Shown here: positions 9,299 to 18,514 of the stretch, piece by piece
Position numbering within the stretch: position 1 is the stretch's first letter
How the letters are laid out: each line of letters opens with the position of its first letter
Source of the DNA: a virus
Direction: 5' to 3' (one strand)
Virus record (IMG/VR): IMGVR_UViG_3300035169_000077
Location: 1 to 64,000 of that record
Length of the DNA stretch: 64,000 nt
Program-made: the position numbers and the translations under genes
The notes under the pieces: generated by a model
What the model was told of the DNA's origin: nothing
Seen by the model: only the letters and a program-made list of their open reading frames with translations
Database searches by the model: none

Positions 9299-9553
9299 CT
9301 ATGTGCGCGGCGCGAACACGAGGTCGGCCATCCACATCGTCGGCGGGTCAACACCGAAGCACGGATCGGCACTGACGACCTGGTAGCGGCTCGACTGGTT
9401 GCCATTCCGCATGATCAGGTAGTCGCCGGGTCGCGGGTTAATGCCATTCCAGCAGGAGATGTGACCCTGCTGGCCGTTGCCGACCGGGCGGAAAGCGTAG
9501 TCGTCGCGGGTCAGGTCGTAAGTCTGCGGCCCGGCACTAGAGGTCACGTCCAC
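9299..9553 (-). CDS. hypothetical protein
   Basis: Protein-like C-terminal part of track ORF 9299..9787; start re-picked at GTG 9553. Confidence 0.55.
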   Translation of the reverse strand: MDVTSSAGPQTYDLTRDDYAFRPVGNGQQGHISCWNGINPRPGDYLIMRNGNQSSRYQVVSADPCFGVDPPTMWMADLVFAPRT

Positions 9554-9609
9554 ACTCCCTATCTGTCGGGCCGCAGCCGATTTCTGACAGGCCTCGCCCG
9601 GTTTTTCGC

Positions 9610-10056
9610 TCACCGGAACCACGTCCCGCGCCCGTCCCAGTGCCAGCCGGTCCGGTGCCCCTCGTCCAGGGCGCACGCGGCAGGCTGCGGGCCTTGCACC
9701 GGGGCGAAGTACGGCACGTCCAGCGGATGCACAGGCTCTACGGGGACCGGCGCGCGGGGCGGCAGCGGGAACAGGAGCGCACCGCAAAGCGGCCGGGCCA
9801 GCTGGGCTAGGTACTCGTCAGGGTAGAGCGTCGGGGGTCCCGCGTTCCAGCGGCCAGCCCACAAGTCGTCAAGGGCACGGCCGATCATCTTGGGCGTCAG
9901 CGTGCCACCCTGCTCACGCTGTCCCGTGAACGCCTCTACCTCATCGGCGAACGCCGACGCGACAGGGGCTAGCGCCTCCTCGTTCGGCTCGAAGTGGTCG
10001 AAGCGCATCGTCTCCCCGTTGCCGTAGTAGACGTTCCAGCCGATCGGCTCGCTCAC
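9610..10056 (-). CDS. hypothetical protein
   Basis: GTGA-coupled to the upstream minus-strand gene; C-terminal C....GH...H motif. Confidence 0.55.
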   Translation of the reverse strand: MSEPIGWNVYYGNGETMRFDHFEPNEEALAPVASAFADEVEAFTGQREQGGTLTPKMIGRALDDLWAGRWNAGPPTLYPDEYLAQLARPLCGALLFPLPPRAPVPVEPVHPLDVPYFAPVQGPQPAACALDEGHRTGWHWDGRGTWFR

Positions 10057-10349
10057 GGTCGCATCATCCTGATCGTTCCCTCGTCGATGCCTGACGCTCG
10101 CAAGCTGGCCTCGCGCCTAGCCAGGGTCGCTCGCCGCTCGGGATCGCCGAACCGGACGATGGTCGCCGTGATCCCGAGCAGCCGCCGTCCCCGGAAGCTC
10201 ACCTTGCCCCTCAGCGGCGTGCATTCAGCTGCCCCCTCGGCATCTAGCCGGGCGATGAAGTCCCTGAGCTCGCCGAGCGTCAGGGTGGCGTCCCGGTTCG
10301 CTGCGAAGACGTGGCGCTCCCTGGTCGCGAGATCGCGGATCAAGTCCAT
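10053..10349 (-). CDS. hypothetical antisense moron
   Basis: ATG 10349 lies 7 nt after GACAAT. Confidence 0.55.
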   Translation of the reverse strand: MDLIRDLATRERHVFAANRDATLTLGELRDFIARLDAEGAAECTPLRGKVSFRGRRLLGITATIVRFGDPERRATLARREASLRASGIDEGTIRMMRP

Positions 10350-10382
10350 GCTCCTCATTGTCGCCGGAAGGCGGTGGGGCGC

Positions 10383-10934
10383 GTGTGCCTGTCGTGTGGC
10401 TGCCGCGAACCGGAGAACGCCCACCGCGACCCCCGGAACATCACCCTCGCCGATCTTGCCGCAGCCGCAGGCGCGGCCGGGATAAGCCTCGCCCAGGCAG
10501 CGGAGAACATTCTCGCTACCGCCTACGCCACCATTGGCGCCCCGGAGGACGAGCGTCCCGCCGAGCCGCAGAAGTTCGTCCTCGGCGTTGCTTACCAGGC
10601 GGGGCCTGACCCCAGGATCGCCAGGGGCCAGGACGGCGGCCGGGACTTCTTCACCCCCGCCGAGTTGGAGAAGGCAGCCTGGTCGTTCATGCTCAGCGGC
10701 CAGCAGCACGGCCTCCATCACGCGGACGGCACCGAGGGCGCGGCCAGGCCCGTCGAGTCGTACATCTACCGCAACCCCATCCCGTGGGTGGTGGCACCGG
10801 ACCTCGTGGTCCGCAAGAACGACTGGGTGCTCGGCTCCCTGCTCGACGACCACTCCTGGGAGCTTGCCACGGCCGGCCAGGTAACCGGCTGGTCGCCGCA
10901 GGGCATCGGCCACCGCCGCGCCCGGAGGGAGTGA
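10383..10934 (+). CDS. XkdF-like prohead serine protease
   Basis: FVLGVAY...D...ELEKAAWSFM...H...VESYI...W......G..TGWSPQG pattern; located between portal and scaffold. Confidence 0.75.
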   Translation: MCLSCGCREPENAHRDPRNITLADLAAAAGAAGISLAQAAENILATAYATIGAPEDERPAEPQKFVLGVAYQAGPDPRIARGQDGGRDFFTPAELEKAAWSFMLSGQQHGLHHADGTEGAARPVESYIYRNPIPWVVAPDLVVRKNDWVLGSLLDDHSWELATAGQVTGWSPQGIGHRRARRE

Positions 10935-10939
10935 GGCCC

Positions 10940-12811
10940 GTGGACGTGCCCGGCTTCAACGATGACGAGTTCACCGAGCTTTACGACGCGACGTTCCCGC
11001 GCGTGGACCTGGTCGGCAAGGCGGCGAACGGGATGCGGTTCCTGATCGCCAAGGAAGCCGATGAGAGCACCCCGGCGGGCATCCTCGGCGCGGACGTCGT
11101 CCGGAGCCTGATCGCCAAGGGAGAGGACGGCGACATGACCACTGCCCGCGAAAGGCAGCCGCTCCCGAACGGGATCACCCTGTCCGGCTCCCCGGCCCAG
11201 ATCGCCGCGTTCATCCACGCCGCGTCCGTCCGCAAGGCCGGCCCGGCCCCGGACCTCCCCGACAACGCCGACGGCTCCCCCGGGGACCCCGTCAGTAAGG
11301 ACGCAGCCATGGGACCTGAGCTTGACGGAGACCCGGACGCGATGGACTCCATGGACGTCACCGTCCCCCTCGCCGAACCGGAAGACATGGCACCCGGTGA
11401 CCCCGCCGACCCCGGCTCGCCCGCATGGGAGAGCATCGACGCGGCCTCCGCCCAGAAGTGGCTGTCCATCGCCGCGCGGCTGAAGAACGCCCTGTGCGTC
11501 CTGGCCGAGCGGGAGATGGTTGAGGCCGCCTCCGCCGACCCGGACGACATCGAGAACGCCTGGAACCTCGAAGACGCCATGTGCGCCGTCGACTACGCCA
11601 TCGAGCAGCTCGCCGTGTTCGCCGCCTGCGAGCAGGCCGAGGCCGAGCTGGGCGCCGAGATGGAAGCGATCGGCAAGGCGCTCGCCTCCTTCGACACCGC
11701 GCCGCTCGGCGTCATCGAGGGCCTGTCGGCCGTGCGGAAGGCCGGGCGTGTCCTGTCGTCGGCGAACGAGGCCGCGATCCGCGCTGCCGCCGAGTCGCTC
11801 CAGAAAGTCCTCGCCTCACTACCCGAGGCACCCATCGCCAAGGAGGGGGCAGCCATGCCCGCAACCACTGCAGCCAAGGCCCCCGCGACGGTGGCGAAGG
11901 AAACGGCCACGCCGGAAGCGCAGGCAGCCAGCACAGGCCCCGTGAACGCTGGCGGGACGACCGGGATGGGCGAGCCGCGCAAGACCGGCCCCGCCGAGTC
12001 CCTGCCCGCCGACGGCCCGCAGGCGGCCAAGCCAGGCGACGTCCCGGGCCGGACAGTGGTCAAGTCCGCGCTCAAGGTCGTCGTCTGGGACCGCTCCGGG
12101 CGCGCGTGCCAGGCGGACCCGGCCTCGATCCGGCAGCAGATCGCCAAGGCCGACGGGGACGGCGAGGGCAAGGTCACCATGCAGGCCGTCTTCGACGAGA
12201 ACGGCAACCTCGTGGGCATCGTCGACCCCGCCGACATCACCCCGGTAGCCGGGGCAGGGGGCAAGCCTGACGCCGATGAGGGCGAGCCGCAGGCAGGCCC
12301 TGCCGCAGCGGCGGCGGATGACATGACCCCCCAGCCGCCCGCCGAGGCCGGCACCCCCGCAGAAGACGTCGCCAAGTCCGGGACACCGGCTGGCGCGAGC
12401 ACCACCACCATCACCCTGGACGTGCTCAAGAGCATCATGCGCGAGACCGTGGCAGAGCAGATCGGCGCGCTGCGCCCCGCAGAGGATGCCGCGAACACCG
12501 CCGGCATCGCGGGGCTCAGCGCAGAGGTCGAGACGCTCAAGGCCCAGCTCGCCGTGGTGGCAGAGCACCCGGCGATGCCGAAGGTGTTCACCCACGGGGC
12601 GGTCCCGCCCCGCGGTGACGGGCCGGTCCCCCCGGCGCACCAGATGCGCGGACAGGACCACGGGGCGCCCATCATCGACGTGGCCAAGGCCAGGGCGATG
12701 AAGCAGCGCATGTACACGGCGGACCCCGCCGAGGCCAACGCGATCGCGACCGAGCTGAACCAGTCGGCCATCGCGACCCTTGAGGCCATCCACAGCGTGC
12801 GCCGCCAGTAG
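10940..12811 (+). CDS. capsid scaffolding/assembly protein
   Basis: RVDLVGKAANG.RFLIAK N-terminus, acidic low-complexity body with coiled coils, directly upstream of the MCP; start re-picked. Confidence 0.7.
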   Translation: MDVPGFNDDEFTELYDATFPRVDLVGKAANGMRFLIAKEADESTPAGILGADVVRSLIAKGEDGDMTTARERQPLPNGITLSGSPAQIAAFIHAASVRKAGPAPDLPDNADGSPGDPVSKDAAMGPELDGDPDAMDSMDVTVPLAEPEDMAPGDPADPGSPAWESIDAASAQKWLSIAARLKNALCVLAEREMVEAASADPDDIENAWNLEDAMCAVDYAIEQLAVFAACEQAEAELGAEMEAIGKALASFDTAPLGVIEGLSAVRKAGRVLSSANEAAIRAAAESLQKVLASLPEAPIAKEGAAMPATTAAKAPATVAKETATPEAQAASTGPVNAGGTTGMGEPRKTGPAESLPADGPQAAKPGDVPGRTVVKSALKVVVWDRSGRACQADPASIRQQIAKADGDGEGKVTMQAVFDENGNLVGIVDPADITPVAGAGGKPDADEGEPQAGPAAAAADDMTPQPPAEAGTPAEDVAKSGTPAGASTTTITLDVLKSIMRETVAEQIGALRPAEDAANTAGIAGLSAEVETLKAQLAVVAEHPAMPKVFTHGAVPPRGDGPVPPAHQMRGQDHGAPIIDVAKARAMKQRMYTADPAEANAIATELNQSAIATLEAIHSVRRQ

Positions 12812-12835
12812 CGCACCGCCCCGAAGACCGACCCC

Positions 12836-12868
12836 AGCCCCCCGTGAGGCACGCCTCCGGGGGCTTTC
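12836..12868 (+). promoter_or_regulatory. GC hairpin between scaffold and MCP
   Basis: AGCCCCCG-T-GAGGC AC GCCTC-CGGGGGCT. Confidence 0.45.
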
Positions 12869-12892
12869 GCATGCCCCCCGGAAGGAGGCATC

Positions 12893-14401
12893 GTGACCAC
12901 TCAGCAGGAGATCTCCGAGGAGACCCTGGAGGCCATGGCGGCCATCGCCAAGGCGCAGACCACCGGCATCACCACCGCCACAGGGATCACGTCCTACGAC
13001 CTGTCCAGCCTGGTCTCCCAGGTCCCGGTCGTCACCCCGTTCTTCGACATGATCCCGACGGAGAAGTCCACCGACGGTAACAAGTACGCGGTGTGGAGGG
13101 CGATCCTCAACAGCAACGCCGCCCAGCCCGACCCGGCCACCCCGTTCGACTTCGCCGGCTCCGAGCTGGTCTTCAGCGAGCAGGACTTCCAGGCCGCGTA
13201 CAAGGTGCTGTCCTTCGACACCATCGTCACCCAGGACTCCTATGACCTCGCCCTGGGTTACGCGGACCCCTTCGCGGTCGCGACGTTCAACCTGGTCAAC
13301 CAGATGCTGATCGCGAAGGACCGCAAGTTCATCGGCGCCCAGTCGTTCGCCCTCGTGCAGCCGTCCGCCCCGTCCCTCACCACCGCCGCGACGGGCGGCA
13401 CGATCACCTCGGGCACCACCGTGTACGTGGGCGTCGCCGCCCGCACCGGATCCGGCTACTACTACGGGTCCGGCAACAGCCGCGGCGCTTCGGCGAGCAT
13501 CACGGCGGGCACCACCACGTCCACGAACAAGGTCACCGCGACCGTCACCAGCGTCCGCGGCGGCGTCTGCTACGACTGGTTCCAGTCCGCCGATGGCACC
13601 ACCTGGTACTACTACACGACTACGACCGTGAACACGGTCGTGATGACCAAGGTCATCGCGGCCAACCAGGCGCTCCCGTCTGCCATCACCGTCCCTGACC
13701 TGGCGACAGGATGGAAGGGCACCCCGGGCACGGTCCCGACCTACAACGGCGCCGCCGACAACGGGTCGGCGAACGCCGCAGACATGGACGGGCTGCTCGC
13801 CACCCTGTCCGGCGACTACAACGCCACCGGCCAGTGGGTCACCACCGGCACCGGCACCGCCAACCCGTCGATCAACACGAGCCTCGACGGCGCGGCCCTG
13901 ACCCTCACGGGCGGGACGATCACGGAGATCGAGCAGTACCTGTTCCTCGCCCTGTGGCAGTCGATCAAGGTCTCCCCGACTGCGATCATGGTCAACGCGG
14001 CGCAGGCGCAGGAAATCGCGAACCTGATCCTGGGGTCGAACAGCGCGACGACCTTCCTCAACACCGACAAGAACGGCCGTGTCGACGTCGTGGCCGGCGG
14101 CCGGGTCGGTCACGTGCTCAACGCCCCCGCGGGCGGCATCCCCGTGCCGATCGAGGTCCACGTGTCGCTGCCCCCGGGCACTATCGCGGCGCGCAGCGAC
14201 CGGGTTCCGTTCCCGCAGGCCAACATTTCCTCAGTGCTCGCCTACCGCGCGCTGCGGGACATGACGCAGTTCGAGTACGCCGCCTCCCGGATCGCGAACA
14301 CCGCCGGCGGCGGCCCGCGCCGGGAAACGGAGCTGCGCTGCAACGGCGCCTTCGTGAACCGCGCGCCCCTGGCGATGTCTGTTTTGCAGAATGTCGGGTA
14401 G
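12893..14401 (+). CDS. major capsid protein with an inserted Ig/Fn3-like domain
   Basis: Position, strong GGAAGGAGG RBS, highly biased codons, DGLL and PTAIMVN capsid motifs; Thr-rich beta insert around 13358-13770. Confidence 0.8.
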   Translation: MTTQQEISEETLEAMAAIAKAQTTGITTATGITSYDLSSLVSQVPVVTPFFDMIPTEKSTDGNKYAVWRAILNSNAAQPDPATPFDFAGSELVFSEQDFQAAYKVLSFDTIVTQDSYDLALGYADPFAVATFNLVNQMLIAKDRKFIGAQSFALVQPSAPSLTTAATGGTITSGTTVYVGVAARTGSGYYYGSGNSRGASASITAGTTTSTNKVTATVTSVRGGVCYDWFQSADGTTWYYYTTTTVNTVVMTKVIAANQALPSAITVPDLATGWKGTPGTVPTYNGAADNGSANAADMDGLLATLSGDYNATGQWVTTGTGTANPSINTSLDGAALTLTGGTITEIEQYLFLALWQSIKVSPTAIMVNAAQAQEIANLILGSNSATTFLNTDKNGRVDVVAGGRVGHVLNAPAGGIPVPIEVHVSLPPGTIAARSDRVPFPQANISSVLAYRALRDMTQFEYAASRIANTAGGGPRRETELRCNGAFVNRAPLAMSVLQNVG

Positions 14402-14437
14402 CGTCGACCACTGTCGCACATCGGCCTAGACCCGGAC

Positions 14438-14474
14438 CGGGAAGCCGGGGGACTGCTCTGCCCCCGGCTTCCCG
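14438..14474 (+). terminator. hairpin after the MCP gene
   Basis: CGGGAAGCCGGGGG...CCCCCGGCTTCCCG inverted repeat. Confidence 0.6.
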
Positions 14475-14505
14475 CCCGGCCCGACCATCGCAAGGAGCGC
14501 CAGGA

Positions 14506-14967
14506 ATGGCCAAGCTGTACTCGCGCACGGGCGCGGACGCGCACAAGGACCCCGAGCACGGACTGTTCGAGCCGGACGGTGATGGCGCGTTCGGCTTCCC
14601 GGACGACCTGTCGGACGTACTGCTGCGCCAGCACGTCGGCAAGAAGCGCATGTGGGAAGACGAGGAGATGCGCGCCGAGCGCATGCACCAGGAGGCCGAG
14701 CAGCGGCACCGGGACCCCGCGGTCCTGTACGCCGCCGTCTCGGAGCTGGTTCAGCTGAGCAAGCAGGCGCAGGGCGCGGCGGCCGTCCCCGCAGACCTCG
14801 CGGCCGAGCTGGCCGAGTTGCGCCGGGAGATCGCCGAGCTTCGCGCCAGCGCCGCCCCCGTTACGGGAGGACCGGACGGCGAGGACGCGGACGGGGCTGG
14901 CGAGGCCAGGCCTGCGGATAAGCCAAGGCCGCCGAGGAAGCCCGCGGCGCCCAAGTCCGCCGCCTGA
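14506..14967 (+). CDS. hypothetical head-associated protein
   Basis: AAGGAG RBS, ATG 14506; coiled coil and basic tail. Confidence 0.65.
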   Translation: MAKLYSRTGADAHKDPEHGLFEPDGDGAFGFPDDLSDVLLRQHVGKKRMWEDEEMRAERMHQEAEQRHRDPAVLYAAVSELVQLSKQAQGAAAVPADLAAELAELRREIAELRASAAPVTGGPDGEDADGAGEARPADKPRPPRKPAAPKSAA

Positions 14968-15554
14968 TGCTCGCGGGCGCCAGCGTCACGGTCGTCATCC
15001 CGACCATCCCGCCGCGCGCCGCGATGCTGGAGCGGGCGATGGAGTCGGTGGCAGCCCAGACCGTCAGTGCCCGCCTGGTCATCGAGGCCGATGACGACCG
15101 GGCCGGCTCGGCCGCGACCCGGAACCGGGCGCTGGCCAGGGTGGAGACCGAGTGGGTCATCTGCCTTGACGATGATGACCAGCTGATGCCGAACGCGGTC
15201 CAGGTGCTCACCGAGGCGCAATCCGCGACGGGCGCGGACGTGGTGTCGGGCGCAGCCTGGATACCGCAGTCGCCTGGCCACCGGGAGCCGGTCGCCACCC
15301 CGGCCCCGGGATGGATTTCCCCGGAGGCCGTCATGGCCCGGTCGGTCCTGCATGTCACGTCCCTGGTCCGTGCTTCTCTCGCCCAGGCGGCGGGGTTCAC
15401 CCGGGCACATGACCCGGGCACCGGCATGGACCTGGACGATTACGGCTTCTACCGGGCGCTCGCTTCGGCGGGGGCCTCGTTCTGGCGGGTGCCCGAGACG
15501 GTGCTGATCTGGCATCACCACGGGAAAAACACATCGGGTCGGCCGGTTTGGTGA
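14967..15554 (+). CDS. glycosyltransferase family 2
   Basis: VTVVIPT, SVAAQT, GSAATRNRAL, WVICLDDDD (DxD motif). Confidence 0.9.
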   Translation: MLAGASVTVVIPTIPPRAAMLERAMESVAAQTVSARLVIEADDDRAGSAATRNRALARVETEWVICLDDDDQLMPNAVQVLTEAQSATGADVVSGAAWIPQSPGHREPVATPAPGWISPEAVMARSVLHVTSLVRASLAQAAGFTRAHDPGTGMDLDDYGFYRALASAGASFWRVPETVLIWHHHGKNTSGRPVW

Positions 15555-16183
15555 CCCTCCCGATCCGGCACTACTACCACGTTTACGCGGCCGGGGCGTG
15601 GATCAGGCCCGCGCAGGAGCACGTCACGGCGCTGGCCCTGTCCGGCCTGCGGGCGCCCATGGTCATCGGGCTGGTCGGCGTTCCCGGTGGCCGGCAGCAG
15701 GCCCGGGAGATGATCACGGCGATGCTCTCGGAGGCTGGCCTGCCCGCCCCGGAGCGGTGGGCGGAGGCCGATGAGGGCTGGGAGCAGGTAACCCTCGCCG
15801 AGATCCACGCCGACATTCACCGGATCCCGGCCGGGTTCGCGGTCATGTACGCCCACGCGAAGGGCTCGGCGAACCCGTCTCCGCTGAACGCGGCGTGGCG
15901 GCGGTCGATGACCCGGCACGTGGTGTGCGGCTGGGAGGAATGCGCTGGCCTGCTGGAGGACGGCTACGACACGGCGGGCTGCCACTGGGTGACGGCGCAC
16001 AAGAGCACCACCGCGTTCTACGCGGGGAACTTCTGGTGGGCGCGGGCCTCCTACCTGCGGGGGCTGCCGCCTCCGCCGTGCGATTCCCGGTGGCAGGCCG
16101 AGACGTGGGTGTCCTCCGTATCCGGCCCGAAGGCGGCCGACGTGCTGCCCGGATGGCCGCGCTACGCCCAGGCCGCCTCGTGA
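15551..16183 (+). CDS. putative glycosyltransferase-like protein
   Basis: E..TL, YAHAKG, FYAGNFWWARASYL, RW.AE.W motifs typical of viral GT-like proteins; operon context. Confidence 0.6.
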   Translation: MTLPIRHYYHVYAAGAWIRPAQEHVTALALSGLRAPMVIGLVGVPGGRQQAREMITAMLSEAGLPAPERWAEADEGWEQVTLAEIHADIHRIPAGFAVMYAHAKGSANPSPLNAAWRRSMTRHVVCGWEECAGLLEDGYDTAGCHWVTAHKSTTAFYAGNFWWARASYLRGLPPPPCDSRWQAETWVSSVSGPKAADVLPGWPRYAQAAS

Positions 16184-16677
16184 GGGTCTACTGCCCGTAC
16201 ACCGCGATCGCCGCGGCGACCCGCGCCGCCCTTGACGCCTCCGGGTACGAGTGGATAGAAGCCGAGGTGACCGGCGACGCCGGCTACTGGATGCTGCTCG
16301 CCTCGCTGTGGGAGCAAGGCGAGACGTTCGCCATCGTGGAGCATGACGTCATCCCGGCAGCCGGGGCGCTGGCCTCATTCGATGCCTGCGGCGGTGACTG
16401 GTGCTCATGCCCGTACCCGTACCTGGCCGGGACGTATGCCGGCCTCGGCTGCACGCGCTTCACCGCGGCGATTATGACTCGGTGCCCGGACCTGATGGAC
16501 GTCGTCGCCACCATGAGCAACGACAGCCACCCGCCGGGGCACTGGTGCACCCTTGACGCCTGGACGCGCGTCGTCCTCACCCAGCGGGGTGAGCGGCAGT
16601 GCACCGCCCACCCCGTGGCCGGCCACCCGTCCCGGTCGCCCGCCCACGGGTGCGTCCCCGGGTACGCGCCACGGTGA
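16180..16677 (+). CDS. minimal GT-A-like protein (paralog 1)
   Basis: IVEHDV (DxD-like), LGCTRF; GTGA coupling. Confidence 0.6.
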   Translation: MRVYCPYTAIAAATRAALDASGYEWIEAEVTGDAGYWMLLASLWEQGETFAIVEHDVIPAAGALASFDACGGDWCSCPYPYLAGTYAGLGCTRFTAAIMTRCPDLMDVVATMSNDSHPPGHWCTLDAWTRVVLTQRGERQCTAHPVAGHPSRSPAHGCVPGYAPR

Positions 16678-17153
16678 TCCTCCTGCCGTACACCCGCCTG
16701 CACCCCGCAACGGCGATGCTCGCCAGCCGTTACGCCCCGGGTCATGTCCGGGTGAAGCTGGACCCGGCCGACGATGCGGCCTACTGGCGGCTGCTGGCCA
16801 CCGCGTGGCGGGAGCCAGGCGACCTCACGGTGATCGAGCACGACATCGGCATCCGCGCCGGGGTCGCAGAGGGCTTCGCCTCATGCCGGGAGCCGTGGTG
16901 CGGCCACGAGTATCCCCTTGACCGCGGCGTCCTGCTGGCCTGCCTCGGCTGCACCAGGTTCACCAGCCAGCTGAAAGCGGCAGAGCCGGACCTCCTGGAC
17001 GTCGTCGGCGAGGTCGCCGGCGACGGGCTGCCCGCCAAGGACTGGCGCCGCCTGGACGTCCGGACTAGCGACGAGCTTAAGCGTCGCGGCTACGCCATGC
17101 ACGTCCACTCCCCGACCGTCCGGCATTACCACAAGTACGGAGGCACCCCATGA
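16674..17153 (+). CDS. minimal GT-A-like protein (paralog 2)
   Basis: VIEHDI, LGCTRF, PDLLDVV, W..LD shared with the preceding gene. Confidence 0.6.
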   Translation: MILLPYTRLHPATAMLASRYAPGHVRVKLDPADDAAYWRLLATAWREPGDLTVIEHDIGIRAGVAEGFASCREPWCGHEYPLDRGVLLACLGCTRFTSQLKAAEPDLLDVVGEVAGDGLPAKDWRRLDVRTSDELKRRGYAMHVHSPTVRHYHKYGGTP

Positions 17154-17518
17154 GCAACGTCCTCGCATCAGGTTCCCAGGGACTGGCCGGCGTTCCCGTC
17201 GATCCCGTGTCCTTCCCGGACGGCACGGCCACCGCCGCCTCTGCCCCGGTCCTGACGGCGCTCGGCGCGGTCAGCGGCACCGCCCTGCAGCTCGCGGATC
17301 TCACACGGGATTACATGGTCTACCTCGAGGTCACCACGTCGGGCACAGCGACAAGCGTGACCATCGGCCACACGTCCAGCGCGAACGACGCGACGATCAT
17401 GGCCAGCGCCGCGGCGACCGCGGGCGTCGTGATCAGCTTCCGCCTCCCGGCCGGCTGGTACTTCAAGTGGACGGGCACCACCACGGCGTTCGCCACCCAG
17501 AACGCCGTCGGCTGCTGA
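17150..17518 (+). CDS. small Thr/Ala-rich beta protein (possible virion decoration)
   Basis: GGAGG RBS; FRLPAGWYFK. Confidence 0.6.
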   Translation: MSNVLASGSQGLAGVPVDPVSFPDGTATAASAPVLTALGAVSGTALQLADLTRDYMVYLEVTTSGTATSVTIGHTSSANDATIMASAAATAGVVISFRLPAGWYFKWTGTTTAFATQNAVGC

Positions 17519-17527
17519 CCCAGCCTG

Positions 17528-18514
17528 GTGAAGGATCCCGCCACCCCGGGCCCGCTCCGGATCGCCGTCACCGGGGCGGCCGGGTACATCGGCGGCTGGC
17601 TGTGCCGGGAGCTGCAAGCGCGGGGCCATGAGGTTCACGCGCAGGACCGCCGCCAGCCCGGCGGCGTGAGCGACTGGGACACCTGGCACGGCTTCGACCT
17701 GTCCGACGGGCCGGCCCGTGCGACGTGGCTGCACCGGGTTAGGCCGGACGTCGTCGTCCACCTGGCCGCCCTTTACGGGCGCGTCTGGGGCGAGACGGAT
17801 CTGGCGGAGACAGCGCGGGTCAACGCGGGCCTGACTGCTGCCCTGGCGAGGGACTGCGCGGAGGCGGGTATCCGGCTCGCCTACGTGTCGTCCAGCGAGG
17901 TCTACGGCGCATCCGCGGCGGAGGGACCGGTCACTCACCGGTCGCCGCTCAGGCCCCTGAACATGTACGGGCTATCCAAGAAGTGGGGCGAGGAGGCCGC
18001 CCGGGCCTATCATCCGGACGGCCTCCTGATCGCCCGGCTGAACATGCCCTACGGGCCGCCAGTCGCGGACCCGGAACCGGGGTCGGTCCCGGGGACATCC
18101 GCGCGCGTCGGGCCGCTCGGGTACAACATGCTGCACACGATGCTCTGGCAGGCGAGCCACGGCATGGACATCACGGTCCACCGGGGCGCGGAGCGGTGCA
18201 TGACCTGGGTCGGCGATGCCGTCGCGGCCCTCGCGCTGGTCACCGAGAAGGTCCCGTCCGGCACCTGGAACATCTGCCGGGATGACGATCACCTGCCCGT
18301 CGCGGAGATCGCCTCCCGGGTGGTCGCGGCGGCGAAGTCGGCGTCACGGGTTACCGAGTCCGGCCTTCCCCGGGGAGCGACCGCCCGCAAGGAGATCAGC
18401 GCGCACATGCTGGGCGCCTTCGGCTGGCGGCCGTCGGTGAGCCTGGACGAGGGAATCACCCGCTCCCTGGCCCACTACTCCCGGTACGACGTGACCGGGG
18501 CATGGCGAGGGTGA
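17528..18514 (+). CDS. NAD-dependent epimerase/dehydratase (extended SDR)
   Basis: VTGAAGYIG, VVHLAA, SSSEVYG, YGLSK, YGP. Confidence 0.92.
   Translation: MKDPATPGPLRIAVTGAAGYIGGWLCRELQARGHEVHAQDRRQPGGVSDWDTWHGFDLSDGPARATWLHRVRPDVVVHLAALYGRVWGETDLAETARVNAGLTAALARDCAEAGIRLAYVSSSEVYGASAAEGPVTHRSPLRPLNMYGLSKKWGEEAARAYHPDGLLIARLNMPYGPPVADPEPGSVPGTSARVGPLGYNMLHTMLWQASHGMDITVHRGAERCMTWVGDAVAALALVTEKVPSGTWNICRDDDHLPVAEIASRVVAAAKSASRVTESGLPRGATARKEISAHMLGAFGWRPSVSLDEGITRSLAHYSRYDVTGAWRG

Noticed and set aside
11593-14161. Long minus-strand ORFs here and elsewhere (for example 27510-29528, 32391-33629, 50110-51642 in full) and 61975-63321 on the plus strand
   Set aside because: Shadow ORFs of high-GC genes: R/G/P-rich, no motifs, overlapping well-supported genes
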